Positions 46,208 to 54,899 of a DNA stretch of 64,000 bases are shown here, piece by piece. A model generated the notes under the pieces. It was not told the DNA's origin. It made no database searches and saw only the letters and a list, made by a program, of their open reading frames with translations. The translations under genes were made by a program, and so were the position numbers. Where the stretch lies: the NCBI GenBank assembly GCA_964344235.1, contig CAYFMJ010000001.1:288001-352000 (forward strand), given 5' to 3'. Each line of letters opens with the position of its first letter. Positions within the stretch are counted from its first letter, which is position 1. Source of the stretch: an uncultured Methanosarcinales archaeon. Lineage in GTDB: Archaea > Nanobdellota > Nanobdellia > Woesearchaeales > GW2011-AR9.

Positions 46208-47917
46208 ATGGTTGAAAGTCAAAATGAGGAAATGTTAGGGACAGTGAAAACTTCTGGTTCGACGCCGAGCGGTGATAGTAGCCCTACAGTTCCTACAGTA
46301 AATGTTGCAGTGAACGCCCCTACAATTGATGGTGGCGTTCAAACACCCATTGCTCCTGCGGCGTCAAACGGAACTTCATTTGCAAATAATAGTGCTTCTG
46401 CAACAACTGAGAATGAAAAATTTAGAGTGCTCTTAATCCACGCAAATTCTTCTATGGATACCTTAATTCCACCCAACTTGGCAACTCTATCTGCTTATTT
46501 GAAACAAGCGGGGAATGAAGTGAAACTATTTGATACAACGTTTTACAATACCCGTGGATTTACCGGTGATGATTCTCGAGTTAGAACCCTGCAGGTCAAA
46601 GAAACTAAGTTTGCTGATTTAGGAATTCACTTTGAGACGACGGATATGGTGGAAGATTTCATAAAAATAGTTGAGGAATACCAACCTAATCTTGTTGGAT
46701 TATCTGCCGTTGAGTTGACATTCCAAATGGGGATGAATTTGATCAACGCTATGAAAGAGATCAGACCAGATATCCCGGTTATTGTAGGAGGCTCACATGC
46801 TATTACATCGCCTGAGGCAGTTGCTGCGGAGAAAAATGTTGATCTTATTTCAATCGGAGAAGCTGAAAAATCCTTTGTAGAGTTATGCACTAAATTACAG
46901 AACGGCGAAGATTATACTCAAATTCTGAACATGTGGGTTAAAAAGGATGGCCAAATTTACAAAAATAAGTTGGGAAATCTGATTGCAATGGATGATCTTC
47001 CTCGCCAAGATTGGGAAATTTTTGATAAACGAAGAATCTACAAACCAATGTCGGGGACTATTGGCAGAACTGGTTGTTTTGAGCTTACGCGCGGCTGTGT
47101 TTTCTCTTGCACTTTTTGTATCAATGAATTCTTAAATAAGACGCACAAACATCGAAGTTATCGAGAGAAAAGTATCCCTAAATTTATCGAGGAAGTGCAA
47201 TATTTCAAAGAGAAATATGGGATTGAATATGTTTATATTCTCGCAGAGATGTTTCTTCCAACTTCTAAAGAGAGAGTACGAGAGTTTTCCCGCCTGTGGA
47301 AAGAGAAGGTTGGTCTTCCATTTTGGTGTCAGGTAAGGGTTGAGGGCGTTGATGAGGAAAATGCTAGACTGCTTGAAGAAGCGGGTTGTGTATCAATCTC
47401 GGCTGGTATTGAGAGCGGTAATGAAGAATTTAGAAGAAATGTTATTCATAGAATGATGAGTAATGAAAAAATAATTGAAGCGTTTAGAATTCTCAAGAGC
47501 ACAAAAATGCAAATTTCGGGCAATAGCATCATTGGGTTCCCTGGAGAAACTCGCGAACAAATATTTGATACTATTGAGCTTAATAGAAAATTAGATTTGG
47601 ATAATATTATGATTCATGTCTTTAATCCTTATCGAGGTACAACTTTGTATGATGTTAGCGTTGAAAGAGGGTACATTACTCCCAACCACATGGCGGGTGA
47701 TTACAGGGCAGATTTTACATTAAACATGCCACACATTACAAAGGAAGAAATCCTTGGACTACAAAGAACTTTTAACATGTACGTCAAATTTCCAAGAGAA
47801 ATGTGGCCCGAAATAAAAATTGCGGAAAGGATGGATGAAGAAGGGAACAAGAAATTTGCAGAACTGAGTAAAAAGTTTAAAGAAGAATTCTTTGCAAAAC
47901 CATTAATGATGCATTAA
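46208..47917 (+). CDS. Cobalamin-binding radical SAM protein (class B methyltransferase-like)
   Basis: PPNLATLSAYL, VGGSHA, TRGCVFSCTFC, GIESG, IIGFPGET. Confidence 0.88.
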   Translation: MVESQNEEMLGTVKTSGSTPSGDSSPTVPTVNVAVNAPTIDGGVQTPIAPAASNGTSFANNSASATTENEKFRVLLIHANSSMDTLIPPNLATLSAYLKQAGNEVKLFDTTFYNTRGFTGDDSRVRTLQVKETKFADLGIHFETTDMVEDFIKIVEEYQPNLVGLSAVELTFQMGMNLINAMKEIRPDIPVIVGGSHAITSPEAVAAEKNVDLISIGEAEKSFVELCTKLQNGEDYTQILNMWVKKDGQIYKNKLGNLIAMDDLPRQDWEIFDKRRIYKPMSGTIGRTGCFELTRGCVFSCTFCINEFLNKTHKHRSYREKSIPKFIEEVQYFKEKYGIEYVYILAEMFLPTSKERVREFSRLWKEKVGLPFWCQVRVEGVDEENARLLEEAGCVSISAGIESGNEEFRRNVIHRMMSNEKIIEAFRILKSTKMQISGNSIIGFPGETREQIFDTIELNRKLDLDNIMIHVFNPYRGTTLYDVSVERGYITPNHMAGDYRADFTLNMPHITKEEILGLQRTFNMYVKFPREMWPEIKIAERMDEEGNKKFAELSKKFKEEFFAKPLMMH

Positions 47918-48567
47918 TAGGCTGGGCTGAAATCAAGTTCGTCATCCTGGATATAGGCAATCTTTTTTTGCAGTGCAATATATGCTTTCTGCAGCTCCCG
48001 ACCTAGATAGGCGGCGTGGTCATATCGAGAAAGAAGGTTTTCTTTAATGGCAGTTTGGTAAATCTCAAGTGGTTTCGTGCCAATGATTTTCACACTGACT
48101 TTGTTGACTGTAGGACAAAACCCCACATGAATCTCCTTCTTCTGATGATCTACTTTGATTAAAAAATAGCCTTTTTGATCCATCATAAATTCTTTGCGAT
48201 CATCATATTGAGCGTGGATTACTCTTAATGCGGTGGTATCAACCTCTGTTTTCACAACTTTTGTATTATCCTCTTTGTTGATTACCTGGATGGCATTTAC
48301 GGGACAAGCCTCAGCAGCGGCAATAAGCTTTTGGGCCTCTTGGGGTGTACAGACAAGACTTCTAACACTATTCTGGTTTTCCTGATGACCTTTGACAAGT
48401 TCTGCCGTGTTTTCTTTTATGAAAAAATTATTTGGGTCAATCCGTTGACAAACCCCGTTAGCAACACATTTTTTCTGATCTAATAGTACTTGAAAGGATT
48501 TAGCTTTTTCTTCTGAGGTTTGATGTTTATTCTGTTCTGTTGATTGTTGTTCTGTCATGTAAAACAC
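47914..48567 (-). CDS. Ferredoxin-DUF4346 fusion protein
   Basis: N-terminal CVANGVC...EACPVNAI; C-terminal DQKGYFLIKVD...DHAAYLGRELQKA...YIQD, which I recognise as the DUF4346 motif. Confidence 0.8.
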   Translation of the reverse strand: MFYMTEQQSTEQNKHQTSEEKAKSFQVLLDQKKCVANGVCQRIDPNNFFIKENTAELVKGHQENQNSVRSLVCTPQEAQKLIAAAEACPVNAIQVINKEDNTKVVKTEVDTTALRVIHAQYDDRKEFMMDQKGYFLIKVDHQKKEIHVGFCPTVNKVSVKIIGTKPLEIYQTAIKENLLSRYDHAAYLGRELQKAYIALQKKIAYIQDDELDFSPAY

Positions 48568-48695
48568 GGAAGCTACTTTCTTTATAAATATTCTGAATAT
48601 CTTGGTTGGAGGCGTGTTCCGACAGTGGCCTTAATATCTTCCTTCACTAATCGAAGCCCTACAATAGATCATGAGAACTTAGTTACGCCGGGTCA

Positions 48696-48731
48696 TGTAG
48701 TACTCTGTACTACAGTGGCACTACAATGGCA
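48696..48731. repeat. Hairpin plus 11-bp tandem repeat in a long intergenic region
   Basis: TGTAGTAC-TCT-GTACTACA (48696-48714) overlaps CTACAGTGGCA/CTACAATGGCA (48710-48731). Confidence 0.5.
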
Positions 48732-48911
48732 CATAACAGAAATGGGATATTTTTGGAATGTTCCGATAACCATTGATTTTTGTTAGAGATGATTATTTAG
48801 CACTCAGCCAGGTGTTCCACAATATTTATAAGACCAATTATTTTTTTGAGCGTAAAATGAGCTTGGTGCTCTTTTGGTTGGAGAAAGCTATGTGTTGGTG
48901 GTTAATGTATT

Positions 48912-49676
48912 ATGAAAGCTCTTATCTTAAATTCAGGAGTGGGCAATAGAATTGCTGATGTGGTTAGTGGTAAGCCTAAGTGTTTGATTGAAATTGGCCC
49001 CGGAACAACGATCCTGAGTCAGCAGATCCAGCATCTTCTTGATGCAAACATTAATGAATGTATCGTGACTACAGGTCCTTTTGTTGAAGATATCAAGAAT
49101 CATATCCGACAGAAATTCCCTCAGATGAATGTCCAATATGTACATAACCCCCTTTACAGAACGACTAATTATATTTATTCGTTGTACTTAGCTCGAAAGT
49201 TTATTGATGACGATATTCTATTGCTCCACGGGGATTTAGTATTCGAACCAGAGGTTCTTACACGATTACTTCAGGATTCTGCTCCTAATGCCATCCCTGT
49301 TGACACATCTGTGCCGCCGCCGGAGAAAGATTTCAAAGGCCGAATTGAGCAAGGGTGCATCAAAGAGGTAGGAGTTAATACATCTGGGTCGGATTGCTAT
49401 TTTGTTGCACCTCTCTATAAGTTTTCTCAACAATCTTTCCTTGATTGGCTGGTACAGATCGAGCAATTCATTTTTGAGGGCGAGCATACCGTTCATGCCG
49501 AGAATGCGCTGAACCAAATTATGGATGCACTCCAGGTTAAGGCTGTGCCTATTAATGGAATATTTTGTTCTGAGATTGATACAAAAGAAGATATGGATTC
49601 TGTGTGCACGTATTGGCGGAGGAGGAGCAAGAGAAACGATTATTCTCTTTTGGGTGAGAGCTTAACAAGCACCTAA
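48912..49676 (+). CDS. LicC/PntC-like nucleotidyltransferase (phosphocholine/phosphonate cytidylyltransferase family)
   Basis: ILNSGVGNR, PKCLI, TTNYIYSL, HGDLVF, EIDTKED. Confidence 0.82.
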   Translation: MKALILNSGVGNRIADVVSGKPKCLIEIGPGTTILSQQIQHLLDANINECIVTTGPFVEDIKNHIRQKFPQMNVQYVHNPLYRTTNYIYSLYLARKFIDDDILLLHGDLVFEPEVLTRLLQDSAPNAIPVDTSVPPPEKDFKGRIEQGCIKEVGVNTSGSDCYFVAPLYKFSQQSFLDWLVQIEQFIFEGEHTVHAENALNQIMDALQVKAVPINGIFCSEIDTKEDMDSVCTYWRRRSKRNDYSLLGESLTST

Positions 49677-50776
49677 TTTAGCTGATATTGTTTAACGATT
49701 TCTTTACCGAGGTTATGTTGAATAAATCCTATGGCATGAGAATTACCTTCTTCTGCGACTCTTTGTTGTAACTTTTTGTTGGATAATAGTAATAAGATCT
49801 TAGTAGATAGGTCTCTGTGACTCCTATTCTTAAAAATAATGCAGTGTCCCCCTGCGGCTTCTCTGAGAGCCCCCCCGCTAGAAACGACTAAAGGAAGTCT
49901 CGAGAGTTGTCCCTCAACAACAACGTTTCCAAACCCTTCGTCTTTGGAAGGAACAACCATGATTTCTGAGGAGGCTAGAAGGTCCCATTTATCTTGTCCG
50001 GTCTTCCGGCCATGGAATGTGACAGTGTTTTTCAAGTTTAGCGTTTTTGTTATGCTCTGCATTTTTTGTAGGTAATCCTTTGAGCCAGAACCAATAATGT
50101 GGAGAGAGACGTTAGGATAATCTTTTTTTACTAAGTAAATTGCGTTAAGTAATATATCGACGCCTTTCTGAGAACTGATGCGACCGAGAAAAACGATTGA
50201 ATCTTTTATTTTCTCGCGCTTCGTTTTATGAATTGGGGTAAAATTGTTGTAGAGTGTAACTTTCTTTCTCTTAAGGATTATTGAGAACGAAGCTTTGTTT
50301 TTGAGATAATCTGAAATGAAAAATACTTTGTTGAAGAATGGTAAAAACGGTTGCATAAATATCAGGTAGAAAGTGCCCAGGATTTTTGCAACAGGTGGCC
50401 CTTCCAGGAATGTATTGTGGAACGTTACGTATGTTGGTATTTTTCTGTGCTTCCCAATAAGTAATGTTAGTTCTGGGAGCAATGAAGAGTAATGGTGGCT
50501 ATGAAAAACGTCTGCGTCAATGAGACGCAATTCTTTGATAAAACCACGTAAGATGCGGGATGTATTATTTATTCCCCATAGTGTTGGCAATTCGATGACT
50601 TTAATACCCCGCCAATGATATTCAACACGATTTTTCTGTTCTCCTCCGCAGATGAGGGTTACTTCGTGCCCTAGCTCTGCTTGTGCTACCAAACCCCAGC
50701 GGTTGGCGAAACATTCTACCTCTGGTTTGTCTCGCTGAATATACATGTTGTTAATATACGTGTGGACGATTTTCAT
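49673..50776 (-). CDS. GT4 glycosyltransferase
   Basis: FLGRISSQKG, PSKDEGFGNVVVEG. Confidence 0.88.
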   Translation of the reverse strand: MKIVHTYINNMYIQRDKPEVECFANRWGLVAQAELGHEVTLICGGEQKNRVEYHWRGIKVIELPTLWGINNTSRILRGFIKELRLIDADVFHSHHYSSLLPELTLLIGKHRKIPTYVTFHNTFLEGPPVAKILGTFYLIFMQPFLPFFNKVFFISDYLKNKASFSIILKRKKVTLYNNFTPIHKTKREKIKDSIVFLGRISSQKGVDILLNAIYLVKKDYPNVSLHIIGSGSKDYLQKMQSITKTLNLKNTVTFHGRKTGQDKWDLLASSEIMVVPSKDEGFGNVVVEGQLSRLPLVVSSGGALREAAGGHCIIFKNRSHRDLSTKILLLLSNKKLQQRVAEEGNSHAIGFIQHNLGKEIVKQYQLN

Positions 50777-51831
50777 TTTGCTGTTATTGTATGAATGAGT
50801 TCTGCTACTTTTGCCCCTAATACTTTTGAGTGGAACTGTTGATTGTAGGTTTTCCGAGCCTGCCGTTCAATTGTTTTGAGGAGGGGTTTATTTTCTTTTA
50901 GCAACTCTATTTTCTCTGCAAGTTCCTTCCCGTCGGAAAAATTACAGAAGATAATATCTTTCTTATCAGTAAGAAATTCTTTACAGGCTTTTGCTTCGCC
51001 AGTGATAACTGCTTTCGCCATTGCTAAACCCTCTATGACTTTGAACGCGACAACTCTCTGCATTTTAGCAACGGCACCGTCGAATTGACCTAATAAAACA
51101 TCTGCATTCTTTATTTTTTGAGGGATCATTTGGTAAGTACAGGGACCTTCAAACACTACGTTGTTTAAATCGTTCTGTTCTTTTAGCTGCTGAGCTGGTT
51201 TCAATAATGGCCCGGTTCCGACAAACCGGAATTCAATATCTTTCTTTTCTTTGAGAATTTTTGCAGCGTCTAGAATGTATTGTATACCATGCCCAGCAAT
51301 GAATGAACCATGGAATAGCACTCTGAATTTTTCTTTTTCTTTTTGACCTCTCTGGTCTCTCTCTTGCGGGAAAAAGAGGGTATCGTCAGCCCCCAAAGGA
51401 ACGCACGTAAACTTATTCGTAGGAATATTGAATGTTTCTGAAAAGTACTTTCCATGTTCTTCCGTATCAATGATTGTCCTACTTGAGAATTTGCAGGGGA
51501 TTTTGTCAGTGAACCATAACAATTTTGCTCGTAATGATTTCTTTGGCACACATTTTTTCGATTCTACGAGAGCTTCATAATTGGAGATAAAGCAGTCGTG
51601 AATGATGGGTTTAAAACAGAAAAGCCTTGCGAGAAACCAGACAATAATACCTTTTGTGATAAGAGCGTCGTAATCGTTTTTAAGAATGCGCCAACAGAGT
51701 TTAATATATTTTAATGAACTTGAAGGGGTGTAAAGGATGACGTTTACGCTGTTAGCTTTCAACCCTTCGTATAGGGATTGCCCACGACCGTAATTAGAAA
51801 AGTCATGGTCGGCAACTATTAGGACTTTCAT
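50773..51831 (-). CDS. GT4 glycosyltransferase
   Basis: FHGSFIAGHG, FKVIEGLAMAKAVIT. Confidence 0.85.
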   Translation of the reverse strand: MKVLIVADHDFSNYGRGQSLYEGLKANSVNVILYTPSSSLKYIKLCWRILKNDYDALITKGIIVWFLARLFCFKPIIHDCFISNYEALVESKKCVPKKSLRAKLLWFTDKIPCKFSSRTIIDTEEHGKYFSETFNIPTNKFTCVPLGADDTLFFPQERDQRGQKEKEKFRVLFHGSFIAGHGIQYILDAAKILKEKKDIEFRFVGTGPLLKPAQQLKEQNDLNNVVFEGPCTYQMIPQKIKNADVLLGQFDGAVAKMQRVVAFKVIEGLAMAKAVITGEAKACKEFLTDKKDIIFCNFSDGKELAEKIELLKENKPLLKTIERQARKTYNQQFHSKVLGAKVAELIHTITAK

Positions 51832-51864
51832 TTGTTTGTGCTAACCCCGCTTATTGCAGAGAAA

Positions 51865-52857
51865 TTAAGTCTCATGATTTGGACGGAACTTATTCGCTTG
51901 AAGCATTTCTTTGTAGTCGTCAATAATCTCTTGTACAATTTCTCTAAAACTGTACTCTGGTTGCCAATTGACATGTGACTGAATCTTTGAAATGTCTGGA
52001 ATTTTGTTCCAAGCTTCTTCGTAGTCTTTCCCATAAATTTCTTTCGGGTCAACTTGGACGATTTCAGATGATGATCCTGTCATTTCTTTTACGATTTGGG
52101 CAACTTCAAGAATTGAATGTTCATTGTCGGGGTTACCAATGTTATACACTTCTCCTGAAACATCAGAGTTCATGACTGCAACAAAACCATTCACAATGTC
52201 TTTTACATGAGTAAATGTTCGGCGTTGTTGCCCACCGCTGAAGACTGTGATTGGTTTGTTTGTTAATGCTGCGTACACAAAGCGAGGTAATACAAAACCA
52301 GCTTTTGCACTTTGCCCAACGCCAACGATATTGAATGGCCTAATAACAGTATAATTTAAATCGTTAGCTTTTGCAAAATTGTGTAAACAAATTTCTGTTA
52401 ATAGCTTACTAACGCCATATTCTAACCGAGTTGTTATCTTAGAAGGAACGACACTGTGAAGGTCTTCTCGTTGTGCTGTATTCCCTGGATCTTTTCCATA
52501 AACTTCAGAAGTGGAAATGAAAATAACTTTACAGCCAGTTCTGGAAGCGTGCTTAGCGATTTTAAGAGTTTCATTTAAGATGATTGAACCCATCTTACCT
52601 GCATATTTTAGGACCCCTGCCGGGCCAACGGGACTTGCTAAGTGGTAAATTTCATCATATTTCTTTGAGAGGGGAAATTCTTCAACAGAACAAATATGAA
52701 TTTCATTAATTTTGGGTGATTTAAGGTCTTCTGGTGTTAAGGAGTTGTTAGAAAGGTTGTCAACGATTTCAATACTGCAATCTTCATGTTGTATTAGGTG
52801 CTCAATCAAATGAGAACCAATAAACCCTAAGCCTCCTGTGATAAGAATTTTTTTCAT
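51865..52857 (-). CDS. NAD-dependent epimerase, UDP-glucuronate decarboxylase (UXS/ArnA-DH)-like
   Basis: TGGLGFIG, IYHLASP, STSEVYG, YGVSK, RPFNIVG, RTFTHVKD. Probable start 52857. Confidence 0.8.
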   Translation of the reverse strand: MKKILITGGLGFIGSHLIEHLIQHEDCSIEIVDNLSNNSLTPEDLKSPKINEIHICSVEEFPLSKKYDEIYHLASPVGPAGVLKYAGKMGSIILNETLKIAKHASRTGCKVIFISTSEVYGKDPGNTAQREDLHSVVPSKITTRLEYGVSKLLTEICLHNFAKANDLNYTVIRPFNIVGVGQSAKAGFVLPRFVYAALTNKPITVFSGGQQRRTFTHVKDIVNGFVAVMNSDVSGEVYNIGNPDNEHSILEVAQIVKEMTGSSSEIVQVDPKEIYGKDYEEAWNKIPDISKIQSHVNWQPEYSFREIVQEIIDDYKEMLQANKFRPNHET

Positions 52858-52974
52858 AGCAAACACCGAATAGTAGCTGCTTTTTGAATTTGGCTCATAT
52901 ATAAAGGTTGCTAAGGAGTGTTCACAATTATTTGGGTTGAGCTTCTAATTGCATAAAGCTGTCAAGAGATCTCA

Positions 52975-53649
52975 TTAAACTTCTTCACTAGAGAGATCTT
53001 TCACACACAAGATTTGCGAAGCTGCGTGGGGTTTATGTTTTGTGAACTTTTGTGTGATATCTGAAATAAGTAACCAAAAGTATTGTGGTTTGAAGCGGAT
53101 ATTTGCTCTTTCTCCACGGAGAGATTTTAGACCGTGGATGCCAGTAACTTGGAAACCTAAATTCTTCATTTCTTCTACTTCCCACCCTGATTTATGTTCT
53201 TGCCAAGGGTTTCCTTCACAGGCTTCCTGTGGCATGAAACCATTGGGTGTAAAGATGATTACTTTTTTCCGTGCTATTTTCTCCATCATTTTTATGAGTT
53301 GTAAGCCTTCTTCTTTCTCAAAGTGTTCGATGACGTCAGATGCCAAAACGCAGTCAAATGAGTTTTCAGGAAAGTGTTCGCCGATATCCATGATGTTAAT
53401 TTTCACGTATTTGTCGTGGATGTTATTGGCTTTACTTTTATCAATACTAGGTTGGAAGAGGTCGACCCCAACACACTCTAGATTATTTGAGAAGTTTCTA
53501 ATAGGGGAGTTTGAACCACAACCAACATCAAGTAAACTCTTACTTTTCCCCACACTAGCTTCTAGCTCTTTCCGGTAGTCTGGGAACACCTTTACGTATA
53601 CTTTGTCGTACACCCATTTTGCGATTTTGTATGGTTTCACGGATATCAA
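52975..53649 (-). CDS. Class I SAM-dependent methyltransferase
   Basis: LLDVGCG, FDCVLASDVIEH, TPNG, EHKSGW. Confidence 0.85.
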   Translation of the reverse strand: MISVKPYKIAKWVYDKVYVKVFPDYRKELEASVGKSKSLLDVGCGSNSPIRNFSNNLECVGVDLFQPSIDKSKANNIHDKYVKINIMDIGEHFPENSFDCVLASDVIEHFEKEEGLQLIKMMEKIARKKVIIFTPNGFMPQEACEGNPWQEHKSGWEVEEMKNLGFQVTGIHGLKSLRGERANIRFKPQYFWLLISDITQKFTKHKPHAASQILCVKDLSSEEV

Positions 53650-53695
53650 AATAAAGGGTTATCTATTTAAGCTTTTGGCAATACTGGTTGTGATA

Positions 53696-54862
53696 TTATG
53701 CCGTATCAATTGTGTTTTGGTATAAGTTTTTGTATAATGCAGCAACCCTATCCCAAGTAAATTGTTTGATCTTTTCTTTACCATTCCATTGTTGGGTAGA
53801 GTGGAGAATGGTTTTTGTTGCGTTGTAATAGCCCTCGGTGTCGTACATCTCTACTAAGATGCCCTCTTTACCCTTTTCTATTAAATCGGGTGTGCAGCCT
53901 TCGTTCGTTGCTACAACTGGGATGCCGGTAGCCATTGCTTCCATGACAACACCGGGAAGGCCTTCCCCTTCTGAAGGAAGAATGAGGAGAGTAGCAAGCT
54001 GCATGAAATCAGCGAAGTCAGTTCTGCCACCAGTGAGGATTATTTTGTCTCTAAATTGTTCTGGGACAAGTTGTTTGAATGTATTCTGTCCATGAGCATC
54101 TCCTACAAGAAGGACTTTGATTTTTTCTTTTTCTTCAAGTAAGCGTTGTCCTACGTCAATCACTGTTTTAATGCCTTTTCTTTCAGTGAGCATGCCAACG
54201 TAGAGAATAATTTTTTCATTTGTTATATTAAATTCTTGCTTGAGTTTTTGTAGTGTTTCTTCAGAAGCGTTTCCTAATCTTGACGCGTGGATGCCCGTTG
54301 GTAGGACATGAAGTTTTTTTCCAGAGAAACCAACTTGCTTGCCGAAGGGAACCATGGCATGTCCATATGTCGTGAGCTTGTGCGGAATTTTGAAGAGGAA
54401 GCGAGCGATAAGTTGTGAGTAAAGTTTAAACCCTGGAACAAGCCACCATGGTTCTTTCGGTTTGTAGGAATAGCCCACGAACCCGTCGGTAGTGAGAATG
54501 GTTTTGTTCTTTCTTGCTTTGTTGAACGATGCATGTAGTAAAGCTCTGACGCTTAATGGGTAGTAATATTCCCAAATGTGGATGATGTCGTTTTCCTGAT
54601 AGATTTTTTTGATAGCTTTGTTGAGTTGTTGGAATTTGGGGAACGAATAACGAAGAGAAGGGATGTACGTTGAGTCAATTGGTATCGTTTTAATGTTGGG
54701 GTTGTTCTCAATGAGTTTGTTGGCACGCCAGTTCTTTGTGTGTTCCCCATGACTTTTGGGATAGAGGATTGTGATGCTGTGGCCCTGTTTTGAGAGAAGT
54801 GTGGCTAGCTCAGCGATAGGCCTGCGCATATTGTCGGTTGGGTTAATGTAGCAAATATTCAT
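53696..54862 (-). CDS. GT4 glycosyltransferase
   Basis: YVGMLTERKG, PSEGEGLPGVVMEAMA. Probable start 54862. Confidence 0.9.
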   Translation of the reverse strand: MNICYINPTDNMRRPIAELATLLSKQGHSITILYPKSHGEHTKNWRANKLIENNPNIKTIPIDSTYIPSLRYSFPKFQQLNKAIKKIYQENDIIHIWEYYYPLSVRALLHASFNKARKNKTILTTDGFVGYSYKPKEPWWLVPGFKLYSQLIARFLFKIPHKLTTYGHAMVPFGKQVGFSGKKLHVLPTGIHASRLGNASEETLQKLKQEFNITNEKIILYVGMLTERKGIKTVIDVGQRLLEEKEKIKVLLVGDAHGQNTFKQLVPEQFRDKIILTGGRTDFADFMQLATLLILPSEGEGLPGVVMEAMATGIPVVATNEGCTPDLIEKGKEGILVEMYDTEGYYNATKTILHSTQQWNGKEKIKQFTWDRVAALYKNLYQNTIDTA

Positions 54863-54884
54863 TGATACACCTCTTTTTAACAAC

Positions 54885-54896
54885 TTATTTAAATAA
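54885..54896. promoter_or_regulatory. Palindromic TATA-like element between divergent genes
   Basis: TTATTTAAATAA, a perfect 12-bp palindrome, about 20-25 nt from both probable starts (54862 and 54915). Confidence 0.5.
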
Positions 54897-54899
54897 ACT

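Noticed and set aside
37256-47917. Fosfomycin or other secreted phosphonate antibiotic cluster
   Set aside because: No Ppd, HppE epoxidase, FomA/FomB-type resistance kinases or exporter are present. The context of flippases and glycosyltransferases favours a cell-surface phosphonate.
48544-48786. 80 aa ORF in the long intergenic gap
   Set aside because: It overlaps the ferredoxin-DUF4346 start and promoter, has no recognisable motif and has an unconvincing composition.
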